A DNA stretch of 39,278 nucleotides from Malacoraja senta (taxonomy: Eukaryota), in NCBI GenBank assembly GCA_038087875.1, contig JAXLNO010000296.1:1-39278 (forward strand), written 5' to 3'. A program made the translations under genes and the position numbers. Of the stretch, positions 35,284 through 39,278 are shown in pieces. Under the pieces are notes generated by a model that saw only the letters and a list, made by a program, of their open reading frames with translations, was not told where the DNA came from and did not search any database. How positions within the stretch are numbered: position 1 is the stretch's first letter; every line of letters begins with the position of its first letter.

Positions 35284-36107
35284 TAGCTGAGGAATATCTC
35301 TATTCCAAGGGAAAGGTAGTAATTTCAGGCAGGGGGGTTCTTTGGAATAATCTATTCTTTACCCTGTAATACATGAATATTAAGAGATGACCTCACTCCC
35401 TTATTCATGTGAAACACTATGTTATTGAAATTAAAAAAAATCTAAAAAATAACGGAAAATAATGGGTTTTCTCAGCAGGTTAGACCTGATCTGTGGAAGA
35501 GTAACAGAGTCAAGTTGGAGTCACAGAATGCACACAGCCTTTTACCCAGCATAGGGATATCAACAACAAGAGGATATAGGTTTAAGGTGAGAGGGTATAG
35601 ATTTAATAGGATCCTGAAAGGCAAGCTTTTCATTCAGAGGGTGATGGGTATATGGAACTAGCTGCAAGAGAAGGTAGTTGAGGCATGTACTATAACAGCA
35701 CTTAAAAGACACTGGACAGATACATGGATAGGAAAGGTTTAGGTATATGGGCCATTATGTGGGCAAATATGGCAACCTTAGATGGGACATTATGGTTGGC
35801 ACGAACGAGTTGGGCCAAAGGGCTGGCTTACATGCTGTACGAATCTATGACTACGTGACACTTTGTTAGATACAAAAATGTCTGTAAACTGCAGGAAGGT
35901 TGGAGTGAATGAGTGAATGAGTGAATTCCAGATTTTCTACCTGTGTTTTAGTAAATAACTATAATGTCTTTTTTTCAAGTAATGTTGATTTTATTTAATT
36001 CTATTCAATTGGATTATGCAGTCATTCCTACATAAAATAAGGTTCAAAATATGAACCTGAGGTGAAAAAACTTGTTAACAGTATTCTTGACTTAAAAAAA
36101 AAATGCA

Positions 36108-36830
36108 AGTAATTTATTGTCATGTGCACGTGTGATGCACAATTATACATTCATTATACAGAAGTTCTACAAGACTGTAAAAAGGTAAAGACTGCAAAAA
36201 ATAAGATTACTGCAAAAATACACAATTAGAAAACAAATTCATTGAAAGTGCAAGAGGTGGTCAGAGTGTTTCATTATTGAAGTAGGATTAGGGTTGTGCA
36301 GGTCGGTTCAAGAACGTGATGGCTGTAGGAAATTGTTGTTCCTGAACCTGGCGGAGTGGGACTTCAGGCGTCTATACCTTCTGCCCGACAGTAGCAGTGA
36401 GAAGAGGGCATGGCCTAGAGGATGGTGCTTTCTTGATGATAGATGCCATCATCTTGAGACAGCACCCCATGTAGATGCTTTTGACGAGGCAGGGGTTGTG
36501 CCCATCACTCTCTGCAGCCTCTTTCATTCATGTGCATTGAAATTGCTGTACCAGGCCATGATGCAAATAATCAGGATACTCTTCACAGTACATCTGCAGC
36601 AGTTTGTAAGTGCATTTGTAGTTCACCTTTTTAGTGAATACATATGTGTGCTGGGCCCAGGACTGGTCATCCTACATCAAGGAAATTGAAGCTCAGTATC
36701 GTCAGAAACTTAGACTCTGCCGTCAGTAAAGCCTATCGCTTCATTCCTCACCCACACTTTGGAAAATTGGACCACCTGTCCGTGCTCCTTCTTCCTGCTT
36801 ATAAATGGCGACTTAAGAGCACAGTTGGGT
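36108..36830 (-). mobile_element. Degenerate Rex1/Babar-type LINE fragments
   Basis: ttgttcctgaacctgg...ctatacctt ctgcccgacagtagcagtgagaagagggcatggcc is the minus-strand LLPSGRRYRSL region. 36690-36830 resembles the endonuclease-adjacent PHFGKSDH..V.LLPAY.Q.LK segment on the plus strand. Confidence 0.7.
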
Positions 36831-37176
36831 GGTGAGGATTGTACAGAGCTGGTTAGGGGGGCTGCTGCCTCACAGCGCCAAATACCTGGGTTTGATCCTG
36901 ACGTCTGGTGCTGTCTGTGTGCTGTTTGCACGTTCTCCCTGTGACTGAGTGGGTTTCCTCTCACAACCCAAAGACGTGCAAGATGTAAGTTAATTATTCT
37001 CTGTAAATTGCCCCTAGTGTGTAGGGAACAGATGTGAAAGTGGGATAACAGAACTAGTGTGAATGGGTGATCGATATTTGGCATGGACATGGTGGGCCAA
37101 AGGCCTGTTTCCATGCTGTATTTCCAATCAATCAATATTTCTGTCTTATGTATTATTTGCATGATTTTATAATACA

Positions 37177-38818
37177 CTAGACCAAGTGAGACCGTTGGGT
37201 CCCGTCCCCTCAACGCGCGGTTGCGGAGGGGGGGGCGGCCTGAGGCGTCACACACACTAACCACACCCACCCCCCCACACACACACACTAACCATCCCCT
37301 TGATATTATATTAATATTATTCATTTGCTCCTTTTCCCCCATCCCCCGCCCTATCCACTCACGCAGAGCCCCCAACAGCGCAGGCGCGGCTAGAGAGAGA
37401 GAGGGAAAGGGGTAGAGAGGGATGGGGGAGGGTTAGGGAAGGGGGGACAGAGAGGGGAAGGTAGATAGGGGGTAGAGAGGGATGGGGCAGGGTGGGGCAG
37501 AGAGGATAGGGGCAGAGAGGGAGGGGAGGGTGGTAGAGGGGGAGGGGGTTAGAGTGGGAGGGGGAGGGGGTGGGGGTAGAGAGGGAGGGGTAGAGAGGGA
37601 AGGGGTAGGAGGGAGGGAGTAGAGGAGGGAGGGAGTAGAGAGGGAGGGAGTAGAGAGGGAAGGGAGTAGAGAGGGAGAGGGTAGAGAGGAGAGGGTAGAG
37701 AGTGAGAGGGTAGAGAGGGTAGAGAGGGAGAGGGTACAGAGGGAGAGGTTAGAGAGGGAGAGGGAAGAGAGGGAGAGGGAGGGGAGGGTAGGGTAGAGAA
37801 GGAAGATGAGGGGGTAGAGAGGGAGGGGGGGGTGAGGATGCAGGGGGTGTAAATAACCCGGGGGGGGGGGGTAGTGTGATTTACCCGGGGGGAGGAGGGT
37901 GCGGGGAATGTGAATAATCAGGGAGGGGTGTGGGAGGGGGTGGTGTGAATAACCCGGGGGGGGAGTGTGAATAACCCGGGGGTGTGAATAACCTGGTGGG
38001 GGAGGGGGGGAGTGTGAGTAACCTAGGGGGGGTGAATAACCCCGGGGGGAGAGGGTGGTGTGAATAAACTGGGCGGGGTGTGAATAACCCAGGGTGGTGT
38101 GAATAACCAGGGGGGGTTTTGGCTGCCTTTTTGAGCTGGTGTTCCGTGCTGGTGTGCGGAGAGAAACTCAAGCCGCGACTTATTCGTTTGTTGTGCCATC
38201 ATAGCTCCTCAGAAACATTGCTTTGCTGCCTGGTCTCACTCATTTTCTCTGAAACGTAAGCCTGGAAAAAACATTCCAATAGCCCGACATCACCTCCGGG
38301 CTCGTCCTTTGTTCCACCGGCGGCATCTTTTCCGGCGGTGCGAGGGGTGTGAATAACCCGGAGGGGGGGTGGACTATGAATAACTCGGGGGGGGGGTGTG
38401 AATAAGCCCAATGGAGGGGGGGGAGTGTGAATAACCCGGGGGTGGGGGGGAGGTGGGGAGTGTGAATAAACCGGAGGGGGGGAATGTGTGAATAACCCGG
38501 GCGGGGGTGGGAGGGGTTGGGGGGGTAACGTCTCTTGAGGCGCGTGGAAGATTCTGTGTATGAGACGGTTCCGAGCTGAGCCATTGTGACATCATCAGTG
38601 AAAGCTGGTCGTTATAAATTAAAAGTCTTTTGATTTTTTAAACTTTTTCAGTAATGTCGAGAAATAAAACATAAAATATTCAGTGAAGATAATCTCTGCC
38701 TAGAGGGGAAATTTGTGAATCAGAATATGTTAAAATGTTATCGTTACCGCAGTGTTTTTGCGAAGATGTAAAGACACACACATATACACACGTACAAGAT
38801 GAGAGTTTTAGAGTTATA
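37177..38818 (-). mobile_element. Non-autonomous Helitron with GA-rich and gtgtgaataacccgg internal repeats
   Basis: Minus-strand 3' end GGGACCCAACGGTCTCACTTGGTCTAG|T at 37177. The 5' end tataactctaaaactctcatcttg near 38818 resembles the family start TCTATATAACTAAAAGTCTCATCTTG. Confidence 0.8.
37390..38525 (+). repeat. Purine-rich (GGGTAGAGAG-like) low-complexity tract, then tandem gtgtgaataacccggggg units
   Basis: GA-rich at 37390-37835. tgtgaataac-cored repeats at 37845-38115 and 38345-38500. Confidence 0.9.
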
Positions 38819-39158
38819 CTAGACCAAGTGCAGACCCGTTGGGCCTGCTCCCCCAACACACCCGTTCCCTACCCGTAGCCCCCACGGGTGGCGCTGTCCT
38901 CCAACTCAAGTGGTTCCCAAAGCTAAGATTCCAGCACTCCCCTTGTATCCCTCAGTAGTGCTATTTAAAAAAAATCCAATTGCACTTGCCCTGCTTGTTG
39001 CAATAGCAATTATCCCTCCCATTGTGACATCATCAGTTCACGCTGTCATTGTGACGTTATCAGCTGAAGGTGATCGGTTTGAAATTCAAAGACGTCATCA
39101 TTTGAAGCTGGTCGGCTTGAAAATCAAGGTAAATAATCAGTAATAAATGAGAAATAAA
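38819..39158 (-). mobile_element. 3' part of a second Helitron abutting the 5' end of the previous one
   Basis: Minus-strand hairpin GCAGGCCC-AAC-GGGTCTGC then ACTTGGTCTAG|T at 38819. Shares ccattgtgacatcatcagt and gaagctggtcg...gagaaataaa with 38581-38670. Interrupted at ~39159 by a LINE 3' tail. Confidence 0.8.
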
Positions 39159-39278
39159 GTCAAGTCACGTCTAGACAGTTTATTGTCATGTGTCCCAGAT
39201 AGGACAATGAAATTTTTGCTTGCTGCAGCACGACAGAATATCTTAGGTATAAATACAGATCAGATCAGATCAGGTGTG

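Noticed and set aside
37881..38595. Proline-rich ORFs (PPGYSH/PGLFTP repeats); likewise 11755-12015
   Set aside because: Translations of G-rich tandem repeats inside Helitrons.

Overview
Repeat-rich vertebrate genomic DNA. The CR1, Rex1/Babar, L2 and Penelope retroelements and the tRNA-derived SINEs resemble those of a cartilaginous fish, probably a skate or ray (inferred from repeat families). No complete protein-coding gene is visible. Main features: (1) an isolated first coding exon of TDP2 on the minus strand (10842-11093, canonical donor), with no recognisable downstream exons, lying between two hAT-like transposon ends and flanked by two divergent Helitrons, so a candidate captured gene fragment; (2) four non-autonomous Helitrons, one a complete composite with three stacked 5' modules and internal minisatellites; (3) a 2-kb hAT element with TIRs and an 8-bp TSD containing a ~310-bp fold-back palindrome and a nested Harbinger-type MITE; (4) a 550-bp P-like TIR element with a perfect 8-bp TSD inside a CR1; (5) a Penelope GIY-YIG remnant and dispersed Penelope-terminus repeats with degenerate minimal hammerhead-ribozyme cores; (6) an L2 3' end with an uninterrupted ORF; (7) tentative 3' exons of an unidentified minus-strand gene in a repeat-poor AT-rich zone (about 21.5-28.2 kb). 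All calls were made by eye and the boundaries of degenerate repeats are approximate.
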